Source of the DNA: Podarcis vaucheri
Taxonomy: Eukaryota
Direction: 5' to 3' (one strand)
NCBI GenBank assembly: GCA_965113315.1
Contig: OZ220377.1
DNA: 64,000 nt
Position 1 is the stretch's first letter. Each line of letters opens with the position of its first letter. The position numbers were made by a program, and so were the translations under genes. Below, piece after piece: positions 36,317-50,000 of this stretch. Under the pieces are notes generated by a model, which searched no databases, was not told the DNA's origin, and worked only from the letters and a program-made list of their open reading frames with translations.

Positions 36317-36675
36317 GGGGACGCGGATGGCTCTGTGGTCTAAACCACAGAGCCTAGGGCTTGTCGATTGGAAGGTTTGCAGTTCTAATCCCCGCAACGG
36401 GGTGAGCTCCCGTTGTTCAGTCCCAGCTCCTGCCCACCTAGCAGTTCAAAAGCACGTCAGGTGCAAGTAGATAAATAGGTACCACTTCAGCGGGAAGGTA
36501 AACGTCATTTCCGTGCGCTGCTCTGGTTCGCCAAAAGCAGCTTAGTCATGCTGGGCACATGACCCGGAAGCTGTCTGCAGACAAATGTTGGCTCCCTCAG
36601 CCTATAGAGCGAGATGCGTGCGCAACCCCAGAGTCGTCCGCGGCTGAACTTAACGGGCAGGGGTGACTTTACATT
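36317..36675 (+). mobile_element. Sauria SINE with TSD
   Basis: Full-length copy; 12-bp TSD TACCAATAATAT at 36305-36316 and 36676-36687. Confidence 0.92.
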
Positions 36676-37020
36676 TACCAATAATATTGTATTTCTATAA
36701 TTGCTGAACATTGTGTGAATGTTCTTAGCCAGCTGCATGTATACAAGTAGAAAGGGGCAAGGCCATCAGTGTGAAGGGAGATAATGCCTTTGTGTTTTCA
36801 TTTTACCCCCCAATGTTTCAACCATGGAGGTGTTGGAATGGTATCTTTATGAAGTACACTGAAATAAACGCTCTTGAATAAGGTAACAAACTTGAACCTT
36901 TTTGATTAAAAACTTGCCTTTAAAAATCTATGAAAAAGCTCACTTTCAATACCGTATCCAAGGAATGGCTTAATAAGCTGTATATGCTGGCAGTTGTATC
37001 ATATCAAATTAAATACACCC

Positions 37021-37022
<2 letters not shown>

Positions 37023-37054
<32 letters not shown>
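37023..37054. repeat. (AC)n microsatellite
   Basis: About 15 AC units. Confidence 0.9.
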
Positions 37055-37055
<1 letters not shown>

Positions 37056-38855
37056 AGTGTAATTTTTTTAATTAAAAAACTGTTGGTAGGGTTTATTTTT
37101 TCATTAGGCAAAGAACTGGATGCAGTGGAGGTGACTAACAAAAAGCTGTTCATCTTTTTAAGAATAAGTTATTCTTTATGTACCTCCTGCAGATCAAGAA
37201 TGTAGTTACATCATCCAGGAACTGGATAGAATCAGAATTCATTCCAGAAATCGTGACTCAAATTTGGCTTCATGTCTAGAACTATTTCCTTGCTGATCTA
37301 CGTTAGACATTTTAGAAAGGGCAAAGTGACACTGCAGCAATAAGGAGATAAAATCATTGTTAACTTACTGTCACTATTATAATTTGTAGGCACTTGGTGG
37401 TGATTCAAGTTGTCAAGGGTGAGGAAGGGCCTAGCTTGGTAGAAAGGGAGCTCGTTGGTTGCCAAGAAGAGGAGCTAGAATAAAGTTCACTGGCTTGTGG
37501 TAATGAGACCTCCAATGATTGGAGAACAGAGGAGGAGGTGGCTGGCTGATGATGCCATCTTGTTTGTTTAGTGGCTTGGCTTTTAAGCTGAACTTGCAGC
37601 AGTTTGGTTTTTTTAAAGTCTGTTTTAGTCTGTCTGTATTTTCTCTAAAACTTTATCGTTGAGCTGTGCTTGTCAGTGCCCTGGGTGTTGGTCAGTCAAA
37701 TGTCTACCAAAACTTTGTGTAAGAGCCAAAAAGGAAAACTGGTGTTGATAACAAGACAGCAAATAAAAATGAAATTGCCTTTTGCAGGCAAAAGACTTCC
37801 TTGTTTTTTGCCATGTATTTAATTGGGTGATTTAAAAGAAAATAAATTTGCCATATAACCATTGAAATGGAGCCCTACTTCATGTCATGTATTAAGTACA
37901 GTACTCAAAACTGCTGCTTAGCTTTCTGGCGTTTGCCATTTCACCTGGACACTTAGACATTTGTATAGTCAATAATATTTGTACATTTGCAAAGGGTCTT
38001 TCCAACAGCATCTTCTGTTTCTTAAGTTGACCTCAATGTCTCTCTCTCCAGCTCTTCTACCTGAAACTTTAAAAAATCATTTCAATCCCTTCCTTTGCTG
38101 CCAGCCTTCAGTCATCTGATAATTATAAGGAGTCTGTTCTGCAGTAATGTATCATCAGATCTCTCCATCAGTATTTGGCTATTTCACTTGGGAGAAGAAA
38201 CCTACAAATTGCCATATTCTAAATACACCTTCTGCTAAACATAAGATATGAATCAGACCAAAGGCATTCTTTTCTCACAGTTGCCAAACAGATGCCAATG
38301 GGAAACCTGCAAGTAGGGCATTATAGCATTCTCCTGCATATGATCCTCAGCAACTGGTATTCAAAGCAGTGTTAGAAACTCAGATATATAAGTTAGGGAC
38401 CAAATGGCTCCTTAAACCAAGGTTACAGTTTCCAAAATGGAAAGTCTACTTGCCATTTTGGGGCAAGATGGCTCTTAAGTCTTCTTTTTCAAATGATGGA
38501 CTGGGTATGATTGATTATCAGTTAAACACCTGGCTGGTTCAGATGACAACCTTGAGCTGGTTTAAGAACTTTGAGAACTGAAAAAAGAAAAGTCACATTA
38601 TCTAGGGACAGTCCACATATATATTGGCCTATTCCTACCTCTTTTTCTTAATGATGACACACACCATTCATAACGTAAGAATATCCTTCACAACTGTGAG
38701 CACAGCAGTGCGGTGGTGTAAGTGAAGACAAGCCACGATAGTTAACTAGAATGTCGTTCGCTGCTGCTGCTCAGGCTGCACAGAAAAGCATTTTGGTTCC
38801 TGAAATTCATTCTGATCATGCACATAAAATATAACTGATAGTATTCTACAGGATG

Positions 38856-39204
38856 TCGGACGTGGGTGACGCTGTGGGTTAAACCACAGAGCCTAGGACT
38901 TGCCAATCAGAAGGTCGGCGGTTCAAATCCCCGCGACGGGGTGAGCTCCCATTGCTTGGTCCCTCCTCCTGCCAACCTAGCAGTTCGAAAGCAAGTCAAA
39001 ATGCAAGTAGATCAATAGGTACCACTTCAGCGGGAAGGTAAACGGCGTTTCCGTGCGCTGCTCTGGTTTGCCAGAAGTGGCTTTGTCATGCTGGCCACAT
39101 GACCTGGAAGCTGTACGCCGGCTCCCTCAGCCAATAAAGCGAGATGAGCGTCGCAACACCAGAGTCGGTCACGACTGGACCTAATGGTCAGGGGTCCCTT
39201 TACC
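38856..39204 (+). mobile_element. Sauria SINE with TSD
   Basis: Full-length copy; 14-bp TSD TATTCTACAGGATG at 38842-38855 and 39205-39218. Confidence 0.93.
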
Positions 39205-40470
39205 TATTCTACAGGATGGGGTATTAGTGTGAAAAAAACAGTCAAGATCCAATGATCTCCAGGCATTCACCTCCAGATGGTGGAGATGTCAGGTGCCATA
39301 CAAGTGCCCAGGCATCTTCACTTGGTTGCAAGTGGTCAATAGCCAGGTGCAAGATGCACCTGGCTAATTTTGGACGCTAATTCAAAGGCATGTTGCCTCT
39401 GACAGTGGAAGTAGAGAACATAGCTCTCATGGCTAGTAGTCCTTGACTGCTTCTTCTCTGTGGTTTGTTTAATTCCCTTTTAAAGCTCTCCAAGCTGGTG
39501 GCCAGCACTATATTTTGTGGCAGCAAATTCCATAATTATTCAATAGCTTGGTTATTTGGTCATAGAAATGAGGAAACCATGAGAGGGGTGTACATGAAGC
39601 AAATGGGCAAGGAATATATGAGGTCCCATTTATGTGGTTTCCCCCATTACTCCAAATGAAATTTAACCAATACTTGTTTGCTATGGTTATGCTGTTTTTA
39701 TACAATGCCCTCAGGGTCAGAATGGTCAACTTCATTCCCCGTCAGAAATCCTAAGCATGTCAGTCTCATAAGACATTGAATTGAGTCGTGAATAATGCTG
39801 TGATTGTGCTGCTATGGACTTAAAACTTATTTTACAGTGTGAATCCCTGTTGACAGCGGAACATGTTGCTCTTGGCCAAGATTCAGAGCAGAGAATTTCT
39901 GTCCTCAGCTTTGCTTTTACAAGTGGTCTGTAGTTGGACTGTGCACAGGGCACTTTAAAAAATAAAGAACTAGTAAAGCAACATGTCCTGCTGCCACCAA
40001 GGCTTCATTGAAATAGGGATATTTCTTAGGTGCATAGTTATCTGAAAAGAAGTTAATTGCGACTATGAAACTGTCCAATTTAACTGCTTATTGTATCCAT
40101 TAATCATAGTGCTAATTACTTTTATTGCTTCCCACAACTGAGTGACCTGAAGTTATTTCTAAGAATAAAATACAGTAACACAGTAAAAAAAAAGGAATAA
40201 ATGTAATCAGAGTAAAAACATCAGATCAGATATATTGAGTTAAACCAGCCTGCCTTGAACATTTAAAGATGTCATTCCTACTCCACATTAACATAATCAG
40301 AATGAAAACTGGTATCGTCATGGTCCAGAAATTTATGTAAGAGAACATAGCTTGCAGTTTTTTTTCAGTTTTAGGGATACCACCACCAAACATCCCCAGA
40401 CTTTCAGAGTGTCATTCAGTACCTGGGAATCTTGTTCTGGGGTTCCTAAGTCAGCCTCCCATTTTATGTA

Positions 40471-40754
40471 CAGTGAGGGGGGAAAGTATTTGATCCCCTG
40501 CTAAATTTGCCAATTTGCCCTCAGACGAAGAAGTGACCAGTCCATAATTTTAATGGTAGTTTTATTGCAGCTGTGAGAGACAGAATAACAACAGGAAAAC
40601 CCCCAGAATCCCAGAAGACAAAAGTCAGAGATTGATGTGCATTACAATGAGTGAATTAAGTATTTGATCCCCTATCAACCAGCCAGATGTCAGGCTACTT
40701 AGTATCTTCACTGTATGTAACAAGCTGAGATTAGAATACCTTTTTCCCTCACTG
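40471..40754. mobile_element. Tc1-like (IR/DR type) internally deleted element
   Basis: TA TSD; termini CAGTGAGGG / CCCTCACTG; 16-bp direct repeat AAGTATTTGATCCCCT at 40484-40499 and 40658-40673. Confidence 0.85.
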
Positions 40755-40756
40755 TA

Positions 40757-40990
40757 TGTATTATGTATGTATGTATTTCCCACCTTTGCCCTAATGTCCC
40801 AGGGCAGATTGTAGCATTAAAACGCAATATTAAAAACAATTTAAAACAACATGCAACCAAAAACATACACCCCAAGTATTAAAAGCCAGGGTAAAGAGCT
40901 GCATCTTCAGCATTCTTCAAAAGCTGTATAATGAAGGTGCCAGAAACAGCTTTGTGGGGAGAGCGTTCCACAGCTTAGCAGCCACCAGTA
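40757..40990 (-). mobile_element. L2 LINE 3' fragment
   Basis: (TATG)n tail then tcccacctttgccc...cccagggcag...aaagccagggtaaagag...gggagagcgttccacag, typical of a reverse-strand squamate L2 end. Confidence 0.55.
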
Positions 40991-41075
40991 TAGAAAATAA
41001 ATAGATAAATAGATAAAAACAACTTTCCTCTTCTTCCCAGGTGATGATTATCCTTTTATCTCACTTCCTAATTCC

Positions 41076-41646
41076 AGGTCCCCAAAAGTTCTAATTAGAA
41101 CTAGAAGATACTTGACTTCCCAAATGCCATACATATCTAATCTTGAAATACCAAAATAGCGAAGGTCTTTCACCTTGGCCCATTGTCAGGCCCTCCCTTC
41201 AGCAATTCAAGAAGGCTGTTATAGGAAGATACCATATGAGGAGAGGAAATGCCCGTGTGGCTCTGGGCAGCAGGAAACAACGGAGCATGCCCTTCTTCAT
41301 TGCCCGTATTATATAGACATTCGAGCCAGGTTTATCCAGCCCATCCTTTATAGATTCCCAGGGTGATCAGAACAACACAACATCTCCCTATTACTACAAG
41401 ACAAAAGCCCACAAGTCACATATTCAGTCCCCAGATTCTGTATAGCTGTTTTAACTGGTCTTTTAAAATTCTTCTTATTAGTTTTTATTCACCCATTATT
41501 TATGCTTAATCAAGTATTCTATGTATATGTTCTAATTCATGGTTGGTTTTTGCTCTCATTTATTTAATTATTTGCTTAGATTCATACTATTTATTTAGAT
41601 GTTTTGCTTATGCTGGTCTGTGACCAAATAAAGTAAATTCAATCAT
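41076..41646 (+). mobile_element. 5'-truncated LINE (RTE-X-like C-terminal zinc knuckle)
   Basis: 15-bp TSD TCACTTCCTAATTCC at 41061-41075 and 41647-41661; RRSFTLAHCQALPSA..EG.YRKIPYEERKCPCGSGQQETTEHALLHC with in-frame stops; AATAAA near the 3' end. Confidence 0.8.
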
Positions 41647-44498
41647 TCACTTCCTAATTCCTTCCATCTTACCCTACTATCCTCCCCCACCAAGTTTTTG
41701 GTGCTTGCGGTGACCCAGCCAGAAGGCTATGTCATGACCAGGAAATGGAGCAGGCACATGAGGAGGTATTCTACAGGCAGTAGCACTGAGGCCCACCTGA
41801 AAATCTTGGGCCATGATTTTAAAAACATTTTATCAGTTGATGTGCTTTGCAGTATTGGCTTATTCCAAATTTTTCCACATGTTTGACTACTCCACATAGG
41901 AGCGTGCTGCTGATACAGGAAACTGTCTTGCTTCCAAGTGAAAGGCCTCTTTGTTCCAGCTATTGTTCTCTCTAAGGTCTAAGGAGATTTCTAGTTTCTG
42001 CTGAATTACCCTAAATAAAACTACATAAGGAAGGTGAAATGTGCCTGTAATATAAGTGTAAAGCAGCAGCATTGAGGCTTCTCAGAATAAAATATTAGGG
42101 AAAAGAAGTTTAGATGTAACAAACCAACTAGCTGGTTTATACATAACAGGATGTTATGGTTTGTTTAAGCCATCATTTATTTACATACCACACGTTAACC
42201 ACAAACAAACAAACAGTGGCTTGATTCTCCAGACTTTACTTTCTAGCTGCTATTGCTTCATGCCTTTGTAGTTTATTAAGTGTCATCAGTGGTCACAGGG
42301 CACTGGGTTCAAACACAGTGCCAAACCATAGTTAAAATTGATCAGGCCCTGTTTTGCGCAGAAGCTGCTTTGGTTGCCCTGTATGTTGGGAGAGAGATAG
42401 GGGAAATTTGTCCTTGCTAATTCTCCTCAACAACATACTATGGCTTCAGATTGTGGTTTGTTGGCTGTAAGCAAACCATGGTTAAGCTGCTGGGCAGGGT
42501 TCGTACATAACACTTGTTGTAAGTTGTTGGCATCCGTCTGTCTTGAGAAACAATGGAAGAGTGCTAATAAGCCAGGCCAAAGGAAGGTGCAGTTGCTGAT
42601 TTTCGAGTGTAAAGTTGGAAAATGTGCATATCAAGTACAGTATTTCCTCTTTGTACTGAATTTGTTTATTTTATTTTTTTAATCTTACATACCATCCATC
42701 AGAAGGCTGCAGGTTAAGTGTATGACTAAACATGGTTGCTAGAGGTTTGCTTCGTGTTTCCCCCTTAAGATGTCTTCCCCGCCTGCATATATTGGTAAAT
42801 CGGCTCTTTCACTTGGTCTTACAATATCCCTAATAAGCAAGCCGTCATCCTTGGAGAAAAGCTGCAGCTTAAATTATTATCTTGCAGTCGGCTCTTCCAA
42901 ATCTCCTTAAGAGCAAGGTCCAGCTGGTATGTAAAAATGCCTGTGGTGAGCAGTAGCTGCTTGTCATCATCACCTTCTAGTTGGCTTCTGTCTAGAATCC
43001 TGTTCAATTGTACTTGTAATACAAGTTAACACCCAACAGTTCTATCCCAGCTGGAAATTTTATATATACTACTGAAAGCCGAAAAGCACCAACAGCATTT
43101 GGAAGCTTGGTTTCCTAAAGCAAATGGTCAGGCTAGGTTTTAATTGCCTTGCAACCTCCTTTAGCATCAATCTTTGCTATGCCTTCATCACAGCCTAACC
43201 TATAGTTCTGCCTTTGTCCCTGTCTGTATTTTAATGTTTCTGTTTCTGCTGTAGCATCTAATGCATTATAGATGCTAAATAAATGTATATTGGTGATTTT
43301 AGGCAGGAACCATAGCCCAGAACAGAACAATTCTGATACAGGAACATGATGTAAAGTTGGAGTGTCAAACATCAACCTGTTTATCTGGCTCTTTAGTGTC
43401 CCCAGTATTTATTTCCTTTTAAAATATTTCAACTCTGCCTTTTGGCCCAAAGACCTACAAGGCAGCTCACAATGCCAATAAAAGCAGTCTGCAATAATAA
43501 AACATAAAGGATAAAATGAGAACTGGAACAGAATTTCGCAGGACAGAGTCATGACATAAAAGACAAGGGAAACTAATGAATTGCAGTGGAGTAAAAAGAT
43601 CTTAAATGCTTATCTGAATACCAATAATAAGGTGACTAATTAGACTCCTAGTGGAAGAGAATTCCACAACCTGTGGGCAGTGTACAAAATTTGACCAGGC
43701 GCCAGGCACATTTTGCACTTGGCTATTGGCAACTTGTGACCAAATGAAGATGCCCTGGAGCCAGGATAGAGGCATATGCTTGGGATCCTTGGATGTTGAC
43801 TGTTTTCACACTAACAAGACATCCTGTAGAATTCTATCCCTGATATTTTATCTGAACAATCAGAAATAATTTCAGGAACCAAAGAGTCGTCTGGCCCCAA
43901 AATGGAAACTAGAAATTTGTTTCGGTGACTGTAGACCTGGTTTAAGGAGTCATTTGATGCCTAGCTTATATATATGAGATTCTAACACTACAGCGAAAGT
44001 GCTGGTCCTGCATCCTGGCCAGTTCAGCAGCATGTAGAGGAAGATGACAAACTCAAAGAGTGGGCTGCTCCATGTGGGAAAAGACAGCCATTTAACATTG
44101 TCTATGTAATCATGTAGCACACCAATGGAAAACCTTTTCAGCTCAAGGACTGCATTCCCTTCTGGGAGCCCCATGCCAGTAGGGGCAAAAGTGGACACAG
44201 CAATTAATATACATTTACCTTTGTACAGTACGTTAACATGTGCCTCTCTTTGCTCCATTCGGACAAGCAGGAGGCATCATCAGAATGCAAAGACACATTC
44301 CAGGCAGGCAAAAATATTTCAGTTGAAAGTAAGGAAAATATATTTGTACAGGCTCTGCGGCATCAAGCACAAGGTCCAGAAATCAAGATTCCAAGGTACA
44401 TGAGCAAGGCAAGAGTTTCATAACTGAATGGAAGCTATGAAGATACCCTAACAGTTGACACTCCCCACCCAGCATGCAGGACTCTCCTGCCCTATGAG

Positions 44499-44676
44499 CA
44501 TAGCTGTCAACTTTCAGATTTGAAAATAAGGGATCAGCAGCCTCGAAAATAAGGGATCAGCAGCCTCACCTGTCCCGGGGACAGTCTACGGGATATCTAA
44601 CAATCCAGGATAGCAGCGGGAAACAGTGCTGGAATAAGGGAATTTCCCACAAAAAAAGGGAAGGTTGACAGCTATG
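44499..44676. mobile_element. TIR MITE (CATAGCTGTCAAC family)
   Basis: Perfect 13-bp TIR CATAGCTGTCAAC / GTTGACAGCTATG; flanks CCCTATGAG / CCTTATGAG; internal 23-bp tandem duplication at 44522-44567. Confidence 0.85.
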
Positions 44677-46653
44677 CCTTATGAGTCTGCTACTTGCAAG
44701 CATACACACTCACTCTGGGTGTGTGCTTCTGATGTCACCTGAGCATGGCAGCTGGTTCAGCTCTGCCCCCTGCTCTTGCCACCTCCTGTTCAGCACCACC
44801 CCAATGAGTCTCTGTGCTTGGCAGGAGGGGTGGGGGGAGAGAGCTGGCAGATATGCTTCCTCCTCCGACATCTATAGACACAAGGGGAGGAACTCGGCTC
44901 CTTCCTCCTGCGTCTCTGGCTGCCAAATCATGCCAGGAACTGCTGGAACCAAGAGGCTCATGTCATGCCTAATAATGACCTGACTTGACCTGGCTTCTCC
45001 AGCTGATGCACAAGCTAAAGCGGTGCGAAGGGACTCTTAATACTGGCTGTGACATCCCTGCTACACACTACATATTTCAAGCGCTTTCAGGGCCAAGAAG
45101 CCACAAACAGCAGGCCTGAGTGCTTCATCACAGGTATAGAAAATACAGTGTATTGTGGAACCTTAAAGACTAACAATTTTGTTTCATAGATTCTAGCCCA
45201 GGAAAGCTTAGGCTGTAATAAAAATTGTTAACTTTTAAGGTGCCACAAGACTGTGTTGTTTTTATTGCTACAGACTAACACAGCTACCTGTATGGAAAAT
45301 GTAGAAATGGCCCTAGCATTACTGTTTGAACTGCCATTGGTACTTATTGGAAACTTCAGTCTACAGGGCAGCCAGGGTACTCGTGTTGTGGAGAGAGGCA
45401 GATAGTGGCCTAGCAGTGGATCCTCTTTCAAAGACGTTCTTTCTTCCCTAACTTGGCAATGTTTTCACTGCCTGGGGTATAGGCAAGGAAGTAAACATTG
45501 GCAGGGGGCACTTGGTGGAATCAATAAGAGGAATTTGAAGGGCTGAGGTTCATCTAATCGAGTCAAAATTGATATTTTTGGCGAAAAAGTACAGATGCAA
45601 CACTTAGACATTTGCTTGGTGGGAAAATGGATATTTCCTATCTTTCGCATCCCCAATGCAAAGTTTGTGTCTGATAAATTGTGTGGTCTTCATAGCTCAT
45701 CTGGTTAATGGAAAAGGACACAATAAGCAAAAAATGTGAGGGTGCAAGGAAAGATGCTTTTCTGACAGCATGTCAATGAACTAATCCTGTCAAAATTGCC
45801 CTGCTTAGTTTGAGGCTTCCCAAACCTGTCGCTATTGAGAAATTAAATTTTCTAGGCCAGCTCTGTTTGGCCCACTGCAATTACATAACCTGTTTGACTA
45901 AAATCTGTAAGTAAAACCATTAATCAGATCTTACGATGAGATTATTACAAACAGAAGCAGGGCTTGCAGCCATCATTACATCATCTCCCTTCATTTACAT
46001 TAAAAGCAAATGCTTTTTGTGTGAATTCATCTGAGCTTTAGTGCAGGGAAATTCCTATCTTGGTATTAGTACCAGAGCCCTGTGTTTATACAATACTGCT
46101 TATAAAAGTGTATTTTTCAAGCTAGAATGCCCATGTCTAGTTAATTAAGTATATTTTAAAAGGAAAAGGGAATTTCTATTCCCAAAGTATGTGGCAGATA
46201 TATTTTTCCAAAATGCTTTCAAAGGCAATTTTAAATAATTAGCATTAAAAAAAAATTAATTCAAGTCACCATTATGTTACTCATCAAAACCTGTACCATA
46301 ATGCTAGGAGTTTGTTGCATAGACTTCATCAATGAAGGACCCCTGACTTGCTTCCTCTTTGTAGAAGGCTCTCTGATCATGTCAGTTCAATAAAATATTT
46401 CTGACAATCTGTACAAATAAGCAAAACACAAGCAATAAGCTTCTCTGTTAATATACAATATGAGCATCAATGATGGAGAGGTGTATCGAGTTTGATGTTT
46501 TATTTATCTTCTCTGTCCACTGTTGTAGATTGGTATTAAGCAACAGTTCATGGTTTTTTTTTAAATGCTAATCAGAAATAGTACATCAATAAACTAATGT
46601 AGTTCCCGTAACTTCCTGGCTCCTTCTCAGTGAAAGAAATATTTGTTTACTAA

Positions 46654-47036
46654 AAGGTAAAGGTAAAGGACCCCTGACAATTAAGTCCAGTCGCAGACGA
46701 CTCTGGGGTTGCAGCGCTCATCTTGCTTTACAGGCCGAGGGAGCTGGCGTTTGTCTGCAGACAGTTTTTCCGGGTCATGTGGCCAGCATGACTAAGCTGC
46801 TTCTGGTGCAACCGAACATCGAAACCAGAGCAGCACACGGAAACGCCGTTTACCTTCCTGCCACAGCGATACCTATTTATCTACTTGCACTTTTTGGTGT
46901 GCTTTTGAACTACTAGGTTCGCAGGAGCTGGGACCGAGCAACGGGAGCTCGCCCCATTGCAAGGATTCGAACTGCTGACCTTTTGATTGGCAAGCCCAAG
47001 GCTCAGTGGTTTAGACCACAGTGCCACCCACGTCCC
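46654..47036 (-). mobile_element. Sauria SINE (antisense) with TSD
   Basis: Reverse-complement head at 47015-47036, (ACCTTT)n tail read as aaggtaaaggtaaagg; 11-bp TSD TTGTTTACTAA at 46643-46653 and 47039-47049. Confidence 0.92.
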
Positions 47037-47192
47037 ACTTGTTTACTAACGTGTGAAAATAGTATGCCCATTTTGGGTATTCCAGTTGTAGGTATACTAA
47101 ACTGTAGTTGAAACACAGATTTATTTCCTTTTTAATCTTCTTGAAAAACAACCTCTGGTCTGCTGCAGATTAATCTTTTCAAATATTTCAAG

Positions 47193-47387
47193 TGGGGAAG
47201 AGCTGTGATCGAGCATCTGCTTTGCATGCAAAAGACCTCAGGTTCAAGTCCCTGGCATCTGCAGGGATGGGTGAGAGAGACCCTTGTCTGAAACCCAGGA
47301 GTGCTGCCGCCTGTCAGTGTAGTAGACAATCCTGAGGCAGATGGACTGATGGTCTGACTGGATAAGGCAGATTCCTGTGCTCCTGTG
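47193..47387 (+). mobile_element. Squam3-like tRNA-derived SINE
   Basis: gagcatctgctttgcatgca...caggttcaagtccctggcatct head; 3' gtagacaat...agatggac...ggtctgact...taaggcag.ttcct CR1-like tail. Confidence 0.7.
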
Positions 47388-50000
47388 TGTTTATTAGTTG
47401 TTGCTTAAAACCCCTAAAGGAGATCTTTGTCTTTCTGTGTGTATATACATACACATGCATGCGTTTTTTTGGCTCTGCTTGACCTTGGTTCTCTGCCTGT
47501 TCTTATGACCAGGGGGCAGGCGTGGGGGTGGGGAAGCAATTGGTTTGAGCATTGCAAGTTGTACTAGGTCTAAGCCTCTGCAGAGAACCTTGACCTCAGG
47601 AGAACCTGCTCCTTAGAGCAATGTTTCCTTCACTTCTAGGTTATTGCTGAAGTGCTGAACCAGGAATACAAGAAGCTGCTACACAACCACACCTTTGCTC
47701 CCTTGAAAAAATATCTGCACAGAATATCAGAGTAGGCAATGGTTATTTAGCAAAGATGTGTCACATGGCTGGTGTGTATATGTGCTCTCTGTGTATGTTA
47801 TTTCTTGGGAAAGAGCAGGATTTAGTGCCTGCCACCACATAGGTTGACTTAGGTAATTTGTCTTTACACTTTGCAAAATAACACCTCGTTGCAAAGAAAA
47901 TAAGAACTTGAAGTTGTTCGAAAGAAACAACAAATGGATCTTCTTTCAGTTGTTGAAAGCTGAAGGCAGCGATGAGTAGTGCTGTTGACAAAGCTCTTTG
48001 TCGTGTCTTACATAGTGAGCGGAGAGAGAATTAAGGAAACTTTCTGAAGTAGTCAGCAAATTATTGCTGCGAAGCTTGAGATGTGTCCATGGCGATGCGA
48101 ACAATTCATTCAGCATAATGCTGCACATGTTAGCCTTGGTTTTGCTTTGAAATTACATTCTACAAGTAGAATACTTTTAGTTGTAATTTATTGTGTAGGC
48201 CCTATTATTAAGAGAAAGTTGGTTAAGATGATTCATTAAGGAAAGTTTAAGTATTTGAAAGATGCATAAGCTTTATACTTGTGGCTGGCAAAACAGGTGA
48301 GCAACTAGACACCCCACTTCAAAAGGACTAGACCCCAATCCACATTTCTTTTTCAGTATATTTGATACTGTTTCTTGTAGGACTAATGTAACTTGCCAGC
48401 ATCTCACATCTCATTAAACCAGCACTTTTATAGTGTAAACCATTGTTTGCTTTGGTTTTAGTGTGACATGGAAGCCAGGTCAGTGATTTCACTTGCTGTG
48501 TGTGTTTTATGTCAGGGTGGCTTCAGTCCCTTCTAGCCACAGGAGCATAAATAAGGGTGGCTCTATCAAAAATATCTATATAATGGGGGAAGACAGCACT
48601 TTGTGTATGGTCACACGTACATCGTGATTATGTGCATATTTATCGGGTTGGAAGTTCAGCGCAATTCAGTGGGATTCATAGGTTTTGCATCCGTTTAGTG
48701 TCTGTAATACAGCCACTCTGTTTAGAGAATAATTGGGCATATATGTCTAACACAAGACTTATTATAGTTCTGTTGAAGCCTTCCTTTTCTCATGCACTTG
48801 CAGTAGTCACGATCTACCCTGTTGACCAAGCAGAAACCCTTGGCGCCATCCTTTAAATCCCCTCTCTTTTTTGTTCTCCATATCCAGTCTGTTACGTTGT
48901 GTTGCTTCCCTCTGCACAGCCTTCCAAAACTACTACTGCCCTTTCCTCTCCTTCCTCCTCAGGGAAAGCTCTGGCTCACACTTCATTCATATTCCACCTG
49001 GTCAACTGCAGCCTTCTCTTTGCCCTTCACTTGTCATGTCTCAGCCCTATCCAGAGCTCTACCACCAAAATAATTTCTCTTGTCAATCAAACCATGTGAC
49101 ACCCCTCCCTCAATCTGAATGCTGGCTTACTAACGCTTCTGGCACAAACTCCTCATACATACTTACAGCCCCCTGTGGCCTTGACCATCCTCTCTCTCTG
49201 CCCTTCGGTCCAAGTGTATATCTGCCATTGTCTATGACCCACCTTTCCTGGGAATCCGTTGGGAGTTGTCCTGAGCCCCTGGTAAATACATGTAACCAAA
49301 TGGCATGCATCCTTCCCTTGTTTACACTCACCTCCATTACCCACCCCTTGATTTATTGTCTCTCCTATGTTGAACTTCCATATTGCCAACCCTTTTAGAT
49401 TTCCAGGGAGCTGCCTTTATGATAACCTGCAAAATGCCGTGACATCATCATTTCACCTCAAATACTGAGCGCTAAGCAGAGGGGAACATCCGTAGATATC
49501 ATTTTCTTCCAGTCCATCACATTAACAGTAAACTGATGAACAGACGTTTTAAAAAACTAATGCCCTGTGGGATATCTTGTGCTTTCAGCATTTCATCCCT
49601 TCTCTTCTCCCCCACTCCTTCTTTAAGACTAATGTTGTTTTTGAATGGGCGCTGACACTAGCTGAGAGTTCTCATTGCAGCCTCTTAGAACTGCCCTAAT
49701 TTTATGATGTTTATAAAATCTTCTTACGTAATTGTTACCCAAGTCTCCCTCCCTCATGCACATGCACATGCACCATAAACACATCCCCATCTTCTGGATT
49801 GATTATTGTGATGTATATTGTATTCTAACATGTCAAGACGATGGTGGAAACTGTCTTATTCATTAAGTGCTTATACTAATGGGGTTCTAAATGGGGATCC
49901 ACATCTCTTTATTGTTACTGAAGCTGAACCCTTTTTGATGTAGATGTTATTTTTCTAAAAATTCCACTACTGTGGCTGATACTTAGATGAAATATTATGT

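Noticed and set aside
32569-47260. tRNA genes suggested by A/B boxes (GGTTCGAATCC etc.)
   Set aside because: All are heads of tRNA-derived SINEs continuing into SINE body and tail.
48871-49398. 175-aa ORF in intron 3
   Set aside because: Non-ATG start, pyrimidine-rich, no domain; looks like very old L2-derived sequence.
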